A stretch of DNA of 64,000 bases, taken from NCBI GenBank assembly GCA_948938605.1, contig CARAIG010000079.1, positions 15 to 64,014 of the forward strand, given 5' to 3'. Position 1 is the stretch's first letter. The number at the start of each line of letters is the position of its first letter. The stretch is from an uncultured Eubacteriales bacterium. Its GTDB lineage: Bacteria > Bacillota > Clostridia > Christensenellales > CAG-314. Made by a program: the position numbers and the translations under genes. Shown here in pieces: positions 1-8,236 of the stretch. The notes under the pieces were generated by a model. It had not been told where the DNA came from. It made no database searches and saw only the letters and a list, made by a program, of their open reading frames with translations.

Positions 1-195
1 AATTTTTAGTAAAAATTTTGAATTTTTTATATATTTATATATAAATATCCGCGCGTATGTAATAAAAGTTTAAAAACAACTATTAACATTAAAAGTCCTA
101 CAAATACAAAATTTAAGCCGACATTAATTTACACATAAAACCGCCACAAAACAAACGCATTTAAAATAAGCACTTTACCAAAACAAAAATACGAT

Positions 196-233
196 AAAAA
201 AAAGACAAGTTATCCGCTATGCAGATACTTGCC
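196..233 (-). terminator. Rho-independent terminator after the nuclease/lipoprotein operon
   Basis: On the minus strand, a GGCAAGT / ACTTGTC stem (one G.U pair) is followed by a T8 run (A-run 196-203 on the plus strand). Confidence 0.5.
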
Positions 234-252
234 TTTTAATGCTGCTAATAAA

Positions 253-855
253 TTAACGGGTAAAATTATAATCCAAACTGACATTCGAATCGTTTAAAAC
301 GTAGTTAATTGTTATGCTTTTAATATAACTTCCCGACATACGTACATCCACCGTCATATCCGTTCCGTCAAAGTTATCGTCTTGCATAAACTTTTTAGGT
401 TCGCGCACAAGTGCGCTGATACCGCTACTGCCCGCTTTTATTTCACCGAAATAAGCGGTTCTAAACACCATCGAGTCGTAATCGGCTACACCAAGCAAAA
501 TCGATTGTGACAATTCGCCGCCGTCAATGGAAATTATTGCATCATCTTTAATCACAGCCGAACCTTTAATTACTGAAATAAATTCCGAAGGCACGCTATT
601 ATCGGTACCGAAACCGTTTAAACACTCGACTTCATACGAAATGTCAGTATTCCCGTCGACGTTAGTAATTATAAATTTAGATTTAAGCGTAACTTCGTCG
701 CTTGCAGTACTTACGTTAAGTTCTATTTTGGAATATTCCGAATTTAACGCCATATTAATTTCACGCAGTTTGTCGGAAGTGTTCACGCACGAAGCAAAAC
801 AACCTACGGCAACAATTAAAACCAATATTACACAAATTAAAGAAATTTTTTTCAT
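253..855 (-). CDS. Putative lipoprotein, function unknown
   Basis: 200-aa ORF with an N-terminal signal peptide and a lipobox-like VAVGC. It starts 14 nt after the nuclease stop on the same strand. Confidence 0.55.
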   Translation of the reverse strand: MKKISLICVILVLIVAVGCFASCVNTSDKLREINMALNSEYSKIELNVSTASDEVTLKSKFIITNVDGNTDISYEVECLNGFGTDNSVPSEFISVIKGSAVIKDDAIISIDGGELSQSILLGVADYDSMVFRTAYFGEIKAGSSGISALVREPKKFMQDDNFDGTDMTVDVRMSGSYIKSITINYVLNDSNVSLDYNFTR

Positions 856-868
856 ACCGTCGCCCTTC

Positions 869-2629
869 CTAATTAAACTTACGGTTTAAAATAATTACTA
901 TTGCCGCAGCCGCCAAGGAAGCGCTGCATATAGCGTATACGCCCGTTTTAACGGCGCTTTCCATTGTTGAGTTATGCTTGTTAACATCGGCGTTATAATC
1001 GGCAATGGCGTCTTGTAACGTTTGATACGCGCCTTGCGCGCTGGGATTGTTCTTTTCCGTTGCACTTAAATTGTTGTACGCTTCAAGCGCCGCTTTAATT
1101 GCGTCAAACCGCGCTTGCAACGTCGTAGCCGAAGTTACTGCGTTAACGCTTGTAACAAATCCGCTAATATGCTCGGGCGGAGCGGATACCGTAACCGTCC
1201 AGTTACCCGTTTGTTCCAAATCACCAAATTTACACTTGATTTTTGTAGTTGTTTGCATCAACGTAGGCTGATTAGTATCGGCATCAACCCATTTAAATTG
1301 CTTTAAGTCGTTTACGGACGAAAAATTTGCAGAGGAATTGTCGTCATAAGTAACTTTTACGGTAATTCCCGCAGGGTTAAATGTCTGCCCTGCTTGATAC
1401 TGAGTAGTAGTCGGCGTACCTGACAATTCGATTTTTACCGCTTTTTTTACGTTAACGGTAACGGTTGCTTTAATAGCGGGATTGTTTACGCTTGTTGCGG
1501 TAATCACTGCAGTCCCGTTTGAAACCGCCGTAACTTTTCCGCCGTTAACGGTTGCAACCGCCGTATTCGACGAACTCCACGTAACGTCGGCATTAGCGTT
1601 GGACGGCGTAGCCGTAACCGTCAATGTTTGTTCGGCGCCTGCCGTCAAACTAATTGTATTAGGTGTAATAGCCAAGCTTTCCAAGTCGGGACGTTCCTCT
1701 CCGTAATCGCCGTATTGCGCCACCACTTGTTTCAAAGCGTTGTTGTAACTATTTCCGTCGTTACAGTAAATTGCCGTAGCGTATTCGGGGTGGTCGATAA
1801 ACGGATTGCGGTTGCCTTGCATTTTAAACACTGCTTCGTTGCGGCGGATTTCCTCGTCTGTGGGCGGTTCCTGCAAGTGCCACTTCATCAAAGTTGAAAT
1901 TTTGCCTATCGTCTTGTTGCTGCCGGCGGAGTCGACAAACGTTAAATTGTATTGATCGCCCCAACGTGTTTGCATATAAAACAATATACGAGCGGTTGCT
2001 CCGCGGTAGCCTTGACCGGGATAAAAGAACGAACCGTTCGAATAGCATAAACTGGGATAGTTGGTTTTGCCGTTTTCCTTAACTAAGTTGCTTGACGTTT
2101 GCGGCACTTCGTCAAAGGACTTGCTGCCGCGCGTAGAGTTAAGGTTTGTTTCGGTAGGGCGCAAGTGATGCGCGTCTGCGCCGGGACCGCTTTCGGCGGG
2201 AAACGCATTTCCGCTGTTTTTAGGCCAAACGTGCTCGCGGTTGGTCGCACCGCTTGTTCCGCCAAAACTACTAAAAGGAACGGACGTACCGCTATAAAAC
2301 CAAATAATGTTTCCGTTTTTATTAGGATCGGCGTCGGCTGTTTTAAAAGCGTTTGCAAGCCCCGAATAGGTTGTATACGTTTTGTGAGTTTGGGTAATTA
2401 AATCCCTAACTTGACCGCGCAAATCGCTTCCCGACAGTTTAGTATTAATGTTGTTGTAATAACTGCCGTTATAAGACAGGGTCCAATCGGCAGAAGAACT
2501 TGCAACAGCCGTCTCAGCACTTGCGGACAAGTCCGAACCGTATACGGCTAGACAGGGAAATACAATGCCCAATACTAACGCAAAAACAATTAACAACTTA
2601 AAAGACAATGTCAATTTTTTGCACATCAT
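869..2629 (-). CDS. Extracellular endonuclease I family nuclease with a Big_2 Ig-like domain and C-terminal TM anchor
   Basis: Motifs NREHVWPKN, HHLRPTETNLNSTRG and GNRNPFIDHPEYA are typical of endonuclease I. A Big_2-like segment (ITPNTISLTAGAEQTLTVTATPSNANADVTWSSSN) and a hydrophobic C-terminus are present. The start is placed at ATG 2629, 7 nt after a GAGGTG RBS. Confidence 0.7.
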   Translation of the reverse strand: MMCKKLTLSFKLLIVFALVLGIVFPCLAVYGSDLSASAETAVASSSADWTLSYNGSYYNNINTKLSGSDLRGQVRDLITQTHKTYTTYSGLANAFKTADADPNKNGNIIWFYSGTSVPFSSFGGTSGATNREHVWPKNSGNAFPAESGPGADAHHLRPTETNLNSTRGSKSFDEVPQTSSNLVKENGKTNYPSLCYSNGSFFYPGQGYRGATARILFYMQTRWGDQYNLTFVDSAGSNKTIGKISTLMKWHLQEPPTDEEIRRNEAVFKMQGNRNPFIDHPEYATAIYCNDGNSYNNALKQVVAQYGDYGEERPDLESLAITPNTISLTAGAEQTLTVTATPSNANADVTWSSSNTAVATVNGGKVTAVSNGTAVITATSVNNPAIKATVTVNVKKAVKIELSGTPTTTQYQAGQTFNPAGITVKVTYDDNSSANFSSVNDLKQFKWVDADTNQPTLMQTTTKIKCKFGDLEQTGNWTVTVSAPPEHISGFVTSVNAVTSATTLQARFDAIKAALEAYNNLSATEKNNPSAQGAYQTLQDAIADYNADVNKHNSTMESAVKTGVYAICSASLAAAAIVIILNRKFN

Positions 2630-2876
2630 TTTTATACACCTCGACAAAGTGTTTGTATTTAAGCATAATTTTACAATATATGCTTAGCGGTTGTATATAT
2701 TATTATACTCTTATTTTTACTTTAACTCAATAGTTTTCGTCAAAAATTAGCCATTAAATTTATTTATGCAAATATGGATAAATGCACATATAAAAATACC
2801 TAAACTTAGCAACGTGAGATTAGAACCCTGCAAACCGAACAAGCGCATATTGCGCTTTTGCTGACAAAAGCACTAC

Positions 2877-2914
2877 AAAAACCCCCGTTTGCAATAATAC
2901 GCTCAAACGGGGGG
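2877..2914 (-). terminator. Rho-independent terminator after the two-component operon
   Basis: Minus strand: a GCCCCCCGTTTG ... CAAACGGGGG stem followed by a T-run. Confidence 0.7.
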
Positions 2915-2930
2915 CAATTATTTAAATAAA

Positions 2931-4163
2931 TTATTTTTCTACGGAGTCCTTTTTTTGTTTGTATATCGGCAATTCGGCAGTAAAAGTTGTACGTCCGTTA
3001 ACATAACTTACGGTCAAATCGCCGTCGTGATTTTGACAAATAGTTTTTGCAATTGACAACCCCAAACCGTTACCGCCCTTATCGGTGTTGCGCGATTTGT
3101 CCACAGTATAAAAACGGTCAAATAGATGTTCGATATTTTCGTCGGTTAATTCGTCGCTGTCGTTGGCAACCGTTAAAACTGCTTTTTTGCCTGCCGTCAC
3201 AAGCGATAAGTAAATATTGCCTTTTCCTTGCGAGTACTTATTAGCATTGTCCAACAATATAGTAACAAGCTGTTTAAATTGTCCCGCATTTCCGTAAACC
3301 TTGGCATTTTTGCAAATTTCATAACGGAATTCCTTGCCGTTTTCATAAAATACAGCGTCGTAACCCAATGCGGACGTTTCGATGCAATCGGACAAATTTA
3401 CAACTTCCTTCGGCGCTTGGTGTCCGTCGTCGTGCTTAGCAAGGAACAGCAAATCGGCAACCAAGTCCGCCATACGTTTGCTTTCGGCGCGGGTATTTTC
3501 AATCCACTTCATTTGACTTGCCACCGTTTCGTCTTGGTGTGACGCTATAATTTCGGTATTAGCCATAATTACCGACAACGGAGTTTTAAGTTCGTGCGAA
3601 GCGTCGGCGACAAATTGCCGTTGTTTGCTCCAACTGTCTTCGACGGGTTTTAGCGCAATTTTAGCAAGCGACAAACTTATTACAAAGTAGCACGCAATAC
3701 CTATCAACAGCGTTCCGCCGCTAATTATCAAGTACGGCGCATTGTTGCGTCGGCTTAACGAACCGTTGCTTAAAACAATTTTTACCAAGCCGTCTTCGGT
3801 ACGTTTGTTGTATTTCAGTTTCAACAGCGACAGCCAACCCACGTCTACATTCGACGAAACAACCTTTTCAATATAGCCGTCCAATTCATCCATATTTAAA
3901 TCGACATCCTTACCGACGCCCTTGTACACAATGCTGTTATTTTCCAAGCTGTAAACGGCAATAACCATTTCGTCAAATATAGGGTTAGCGTCCATTGTTT
4001 CGTTTTCGTAGTCGAAATCCAACGCCATAGATACCCGCGCTTTACGTTCGTCGTCCAAACGGTTAAAGCCCATAGCAAACATCAACACTTCGGCTACAAA
4101 AAACACTATACACACCGAAATGACGTTTATGGCAATTATTTTTTTGCGAAGTTTACTAATCAC
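2931..4163 (-). CDS. Sensor histidine kinase
   Basis: H-box FVADASHELKTPLS, G-box GGNGLGLSIAK and N-terminal TM segments. It overlaps the upstream response regulator by 4 nt. Confidence 0.85.
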   Translation of the reverse strand: MISKLRKKIIAINVISVCIVFFVAEVLMFAMGFNRLDDERKARVSMALDFDYENETMDANPIFDEMVIAVYSLENNSIVYKGVGKDVDLNMDELDGYIEKVVSSNVDVGWLSLLKLKYNKRTEDGLVKIVLSNGSLSRRNNAPYLIISGGTLLIGIACYFVISLSLAKIALKPVEDSWSKQRQFVADASHELKTPLSVIMANTEIIASHQDETVASQMKWIENTRAESKRMADLVADLLFLAKHDDGHQAPKEVVNLSDCIETSALGYDAVFYENGKEFRYEICKNAKVYGNAGQFKQLVTILLDNANKYSQGKGNIYLSLVTAGKKAVLTVANDSDELTDENIEHLFDRFYTVDKSRNTDKGGNGLGLSIAKTICQNHDGDLTVSYVNGRTTFTAELPIYKQKKDSVEK

Positions 4164-4834
4164 TCGGTCTTCTCCAAATAGTATCCCAAAAGTCTTTTTG
4201 TCATAATTGTTACGCTGCTGCCCACAAAAAACAGTTTTTTACGTAAAAACGACATATACGCTTCCACGTTGTTTTCGGTAATGTCCGAATCGAGCCCCCA
4301 TATTTTGGATATTATTGTATCCTTGGAAATGACGTGGTTTGCGTTCATCATCAAAAAGCGCAATATTTCGTATTCTTTTGCGCCTAACGTTACCGATTTT
4401 TGTCCGCAAGTCAATGTATAATTAGACGTATTAAGAGTAATATCTTCGAACTTCAATTCGTCAAAAACAAGTTCGGTTTGTCTGCGCGTTAAAGCGCGTA
4501 TACGCGCAAGCAATTCCTCCGAAGCAAACGGCTTTGTAAGATAGTCGTCCGCTCCGCAGTCCAAGCCTTTTACGCGGCTGGCGACTTCGTCCTTAGCGGT
4601 AAGCATAAGTATAGGCACGTTGCATTTGTTTTGACGCAGTTTGCTTGCCACTTCAAAGCCGTCCATATTGGGCATCATAACATCCAAAAGGATTACGTCG
4701 TAATCGCCGTTCTTAGCATAAAAATAGCCGTCTTCGCCGTCGTATACTACGTCTACTACAAATTTGTTACGTCTAAGTAATTCGCCCACCGCGTCGGCAA
4801 GCTTAATTTCGTCGTCAACTACTAAAATTTTCAT
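4160..4834 (-). CDS. OmpR-family response regulator
   Basis: Receiver domain (MKILVVDDE, DVMMPNMDG, LTAKD) plus a C-terminal winged-helix domain (EYEILRFLMMN...). Confidence 0.85.
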   Translation of the reverse strand: MKILVVDDEIKLADAVGELLRRNKFVVDVVYDGEDGYFYAKNGDYDVILLDVMMPNMDGFEVASKLRQNKCNVPILMLTAKDEVASRVKGLDCGADDYLTKPFASEELLARIRALTRRQTELVFDELKFEDITLNTSNYTLTCGQKSVTLGAKEYEILRFLMMNANHVISKDTIISKIWGLDSDITENNVEAYMSFLRKKLFFVGSSVTIMTKRLLGYYLEKTE

Positions 4835-4910
4835 ATTGTCCCTCGCATTTCAGGTTGTTATAACTATATACTAAACCCTGTCGCTTAAATAACGCTGAAC
4901 GTTGTTTAAA

Positions 4911-5555
4911 CTACATTTTTAGCACAAACTCAACAATTTGCTGCGGACTGTCGGCAAGTAATGTTGCCCCGCAATCTTGCAAAAACTTTCCGTCGCGGTA
5001 TCCCCAAGTAACGGATATACACTTAACTCCCAAATTTTTAGCGGTTGCAATGTCGACATCGCTGTCGCCGCAATACACTACATCGTTTACGCCAACTCCC
5101 AGTCCCGTCATTAATTGCTGCACTTTTGCGGGATTGGGTTTTGTTAAACTGTCGCTTGTGGTTCCGCAAACGTAATCTATTAATCCGTTAAAATGATTAC
5201 TGCAAAGAGAGCGCGCCGCACCTTCGTCCTTATTGGTATGAACTGCAACAACACAACCGCCCTGCTTTAAACGGCATAACATATCGCAAATGCCGTAGTA
5301 CGGATAAGTATTGTCGCCGTTGTGCTGCGAGTAAAAACTGCGTTGCAAAATCAACGCCTTGTCTTTAAGTTCTATGCGGTTTTGCGTGACTGCCCTTTCC
5401 ATTAGTTTAGCCACGCCGTTGCCTATCATCATACGGACTTGGTCGCACGTGTAACGGTTTAACCCCAATTCGTCCATAGCAAAGTTTACGCTGTCGGTTA
5501 AGTCCTGCAACGTGTTTAAAAGCGTGCCGTCAAGGTCGAATACTGTCAGTTTCAC
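4911..5555 (-). CDS. HAD-superfamily phosphatase (phosphoglycolate phosphatase-like)
   Basis: HAD motif I FDLDGTLLNT and motif IV GDSDVD. It overlaps sdaA by 4 nt. Confidence 0.7.
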   Translation of the reverse strand: MKLTVFDLDGTLLNTLQDLTDSVNFAMDELGLNRYTCDQVRMMIGNGVAKLMERAVTQNRIELKDKALILQRSFYSQHNGDNTYPYYGICDMLCRLKQGGCVVAVHTNKDEGAARSLCSNHFNGLIDYVCGTTSDSLTKPNPAKVQQLMTGLGVGVNDVVYCGDSDVDIATAKNLGVKCISVTWGYRDGKFLQDCGATLLADSPQQIVEFVLKM

Positions 5556-6754
5556 TTGTTGCCTCCTATAAGTTTGGCAAGCCCGCCTATGGACGTTTCG
5601 CGGTAGTTTTCCGACAAGTCGTGACCCGTTTCGTACATTGCATTTACTACGGTATCGAACGACACCTTGCGGCTGTCCGCAAGGAACGTTGCCAAACTTA
5701 CCGCATTTATCGAACGCATTGCCGCAACGGCATTACGCTCGATACAGGGTATTTGCACAAGTCCGCAAACGGGATCGCACGTCAACCCCAAATGGTGTTC
5801 CAACGCCACTTCGGCGCTGTACTCTATTTCGTCCAAAGTCATACCGTACAGTTCGGCAAGCCCCGCCGCCGCCATACTGCACGCCGTACCTATTTCCGCT
5901 TGACAGCCGCATTCCGCCCCCGCAATGGAAGCGTTGGTTTTTACGACGTTGCCGACAATTCCTGCGGTAAGCAGTGCGCGGTAAATTTGTTCGTCGCTGA
6001 AATTGTGCTGTTCGCGGGCATACCTAAACACAGCAGGCAGCACTCCGCTTGCACCGCACGTCGGCGCGGTAACTACCACTCCGCCCGATGCGTTTTGCTC
6101 CCCTACGGCAAAAGCGTAGGAAGCGACAATCCGGTCTTCGCGCGACTGAGCCGTTTCCCTGCGGGCGCAATTAGTAGCAAGCGTTTTAGCGCGGCGAACG
6201 ACGTTGAGTCCGCCCGGAAGTATCCCTTCCGCACATAAGCCTTCGTTTACGGACGACATCATAACTTGCCATATTTCCCGCATATAGTCTAAAATGCCGT
6301 CCCCTTCGCACTGCAAAGCATACTGCCAGTAACGCATATTGTGTTGTTCGCAATAGCGTTTTATTTGTTCAAACGTGTTTAAAGCGTATACGTCTTTACC
6401 TTCGGCAAAAGTTTCGCCTTCGACAAGGACTTCCCCGCCGCCTATGCTGTATGCGCGCATATGACACGTTTGCTTGCTGCCCGTATATCCGTCAAAATCC
6501 ATAGTGTTGGGGTGTTCCCGCTTGGTATCTTTATTAAATACAATTGTTACTTTGCGCGGCGCAAATGCCCGTTCGATTGCGACGTCGGTGCAATGTCCCT
6601 TGCCCGTTAACGCCAATGAGCCGTACAACGTAACAATGTAACTGTCGTAACCGTCATATTGACACAAAAACCTTTCCGCCGCTTTTACAGGTCCCATAGT
6701 ATGCGAACTGGACGGTCCTACGCCTATTTTGTATAACTGTTTTAGACTTTTCAT
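5552..6754 (-). CDS. sdaA: L-serine dehydratase (iron-sulfur dependent, single chain)
   Basis: N-terminal GVGPSSSHTMGP plus the C-terminal alpha-domain cysteines (APTCGASG, CGCQAEIG, CDPVCG). The start is moved to ATG 6754, which follows a GGAG RBS. Confidence 0.8.
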   Translation of the reverse strand: MKSLKQLYKIGVGPSSSHTMGPVKAAERFLCQYDGYDSYIVTLYGSLALTGKGHCTDVAIERAFAPRKVTIVFNKDTKREHPNTMDFDGYTGSKQTCHMRAYSIGGGEVLVEGETFAEGKDVYALNTFEQIKRYCEQHNMRYWQYALQCEGDGILDYMREIWQVMMSSVNEGLCAEGILPGGLNVVRRAKTLATNCARRETAQSREDRIVASYAFAVGEQNASGGVVVTAPTCGASGVLPAVFRYAREQHNFSDEQIYRALLTAGIVGNVVKTNASIAGAECGCQAEIGTACSMAAAGLAELYGMTLDEIEYSAEVALEHHLGLTCDPVCGLVQIPCIERNAVAAMRSINAVSLATFLADSRKVSFDTVVNAMYETGHDLSENYRETSIGGLAKLIGGNK

Positions 6755-6833
6755 ATTTACTCCGATTTGTATTTTGTCCCAAAGGGCAAGGATGTTGCGC
6801 TTGCTTAATACTGCAAGCAAGCGTCTGCCTGCC

Positions 6834-7274
6834 CTACTTGTTTTCCCAAACGATAGTTACCGGTCCCCGGTTGGACTGGTCAATTGTCATATCCGCGCCG
6901 AATACGCCCGTCTTTGTAGGCACTCCTAAACCGGTTAAAATATCGGCGGTTTTAAGATACAGCGCATTTGCGCGGTTCGGTTCTTCCGCATTGAAAAAAC
7001 TGGGACGGTTGCCCTTAGACAAATCGGCGGCAAGGGTAAACTGCGACACAAACAAAACTTCGCCGCCTATATCCAAAACGGACAAATTCATTTTGCCTTG
7101 TTCATCTTCGAATATGCGCAACTTTGCAAGTTTGTTGGCAAATACGGCGCACAAACTTTCGTCGTCACCCTGTTCCACGCAAAAGTACACAACTAGCCCT
7201 TTGCCTATTTGCGAAATCAATTTGCCGTCAACCGACAGCACTGCATTGTAAACACGTTGAATAACCGCTTTCAT
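6834..7274 (-). CDS. dtd: D-aminoacyl-tRNA deacylase
   Basis: 146 aa. N-terminal MKAVIQRV, then SQFTL and GPVT motifs characteristic of Dtd. Confidence 0.85.
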   Translation of the reverse strand: MKAVIQRVYNAVLSVDGKLISQIGKGLVVYFCVEQGDDESLCAVFANKLAKLRIFEDEQGKMNLSVLDIGGEVLFVSQFTLAADLSKGNRPSFFNAEEPNRANALYLKTADILTGLGVPTKTGVFGADMTIDQSNRGPVTIVWENK

Positions 7275-7386
7275 AATTACACCGTAAAACGTTATTTGTT
7301 AAAGTATAACACAAACGCCTTACATTGAAAATATTTTTACACAAAAATAACCGCAAAGATTTAACTTTGCGGTTTAACTTTTGTAT

Positions 7387-7590
7387 TTATTCTACAAACA
7401 AATCCTTAATATACAAATTCATTGCACGTGCAATTTTAAATAATGCAATTATATTTAAGTTTTCTTGCTGTTTAATAACTTTATCATATGTACTTATTGA
7501 AATTCCACATCTTTTGCAAAACGTTTTCTTACACAAGCCGTTTTTTGTCATATACTCGTGTATCAAGTCTGTATTTATTCTACTGTCCAC
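7387..7590 (-). CDS. XRE-family HTH transcriptional regulator (small)
   Basis: HTH_XRE-like pattern (IHEYMTKNGLCKKTFCKRCGISISTYDKVIKQQ). The start is re-set to GTG 7590, 7 nt after an AAAGGAGG RBS. The longer ORF start at 7641 lies inside its own promoter. Confidence 0.65.
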   Translation of the reverse strand: MDSRINTDLIHEYMTKNGLCKKTFCKRCGISISTYDKVIKQQENLNIIALFKIARAMNLYIKDLFVE

Positions 7591-7612
7591 TAATACACCT
7601 CCTTTGTCCAAT

Positions 7613-7641
7613 ATTATACTGCACATATTTGTGCAAGTCAA
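7613..7641 (-). promoter_or_regulatory. Sigma-A type promoter with a palindromic operator in the spacer
   Basis: Minus strand: TTGACT (7641-7636), 17 nt, TATAAT (7618-7613). The spacer contains the perfect palindrome TGCACA-N4-TGTGCA (7620-7635). Confidence 0.6.
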
Positions 7642-7685
7642 GCCAATTGCGCAAATTTGTGAAATAATTGTTGCAAGGTGACATT

Positions 7686-7886
7686 ATGAACTATGGCGAA
7701 GCATTAAAGTATCAACGTGAAGAAGCAGGTTTAAGTCAATTAGAGTTGTCCGCTAAAACGGGCATATCTCACCAAAACATAAGCCGATGGGAAAACGGTA
7801 AAGTATTACCGAACATTGATTTTTGCGTTAAGTTAGCAAACTTTTACGGAATATCGTTAGACGAACTTATCGGACGAAAAATATAA
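7686..7886 (+). CDS. XRE-family HTH transcriptional regulator (Cro/CI-like, 66 aa)
   Basis: LSQLELSAKTGISHQNISRWENGK is a typical HTH_3 sequence. ATG 7686 follows an AAGGTG RBS. The gene is divergent from the other small HTH gene. Confidence 0.8.
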   Translation: MNYGEALKYQREEAGLSQLELSAKTGISHQNISRWENGKVLPNIDFCVKLANFYGISLDELIGRKI

Positions 7887-7913
7887 CAGATTTAAAATAA
7901 AGCATTACCTACA

Positions 7914-7948
7914 AAAAGGCACGAAGTAATTTCGTGCCTTTTTATTTT
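7914..7948 (+). terminator. Rho-independent terminator (bidirectional-looking)
   Basis: AAAGGCACGAA-GTAA-TTCGTGCCTTT followed by TTTATTTT. Confidence 0.75.
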
Positions 7949-7992
7949 CCTGGATTGCTTCGCTTTGCTCGCAATACTCACCTGCGGTTCGT

Positions 7993-8022
7993 GGCGTTCG
8001 CAAGTCTGCGACTTGCTCGGCT
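7993..8022. repeat. Dispersed intergenic repeat core, copy A
   Basis: GGCGTTCGCAAGTCTGCGACTTGCTCGGCT. Its reverse complement matches 59673-59700 at 28 of 30 positions (two 1-nt indels). Confidence 0.7.
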
Positions 8023-8160
8023 AAGGACGGCTCAATAGAAAGTGACATCCACAACATAGCGCATTAAATCAACCCAACCGCATACAAGTAGGTTCGAGTT
8101 GCAGGTGCTTACATTCCAACAACTGTTCAATTAACGTCGCCGATTTTATCACAGAGCGAA

Positions 8161-8228
8161 GGTATGTTCGTTTTTCGCACTTTCGCAGTGAGTGCAACGA
8201 ACGGAGACGGAGAAAAAACGGACATACC
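8161..8228. other. Long imperfect hairpin in a convergent intergenic region
   Basis: 15-bp stem GGTATGTTCGTTTTT / AAAAACGGACATACC (one G.U) enclosing a 5-bp hairpin GCACT/AGTGC. No U-run follows on either strand. Confidence 0.5.
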
Positions 8229-8236
8229 TGAGCGAT

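Noticed and set aside
2789-2840. Short similarity between the nuclease upstream region (TATAAAAAT..TAGCAACG..ATTAGAACCCT) and 22045-22095 upstream of the small membrane-protein gene.
   Set aside because: The shared blocks are short, and their spacing differs by 5-6 nt between the two sites. They do not give a consistent -35/-10 geometry. This is too weak to call a shared regulatory motif without a genome-wide search.
7325-7681. 118-aa plus-strand ORF, and the longer version (to 7641) of the minus-strand HTH ORF.
   Set aside because: The plus-strand ORF is an AT-rich low-complexity shadow of the HTH gene. The upstream extension of the HTH ORF contains that gene's own -10/-35 promoter and lacks an RBS. 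GTG 7590 has AAAGGAGG.
8085-8105. GGTTCGAGT T-loop-like motif in element A, considered as a possible tRNA.
   Set aside because: The flanking bases (GTAGG / TGCAG) do not form a T-stem, and no acceptor or anticodon arms can be drawn. At most it is a decayed remnant.
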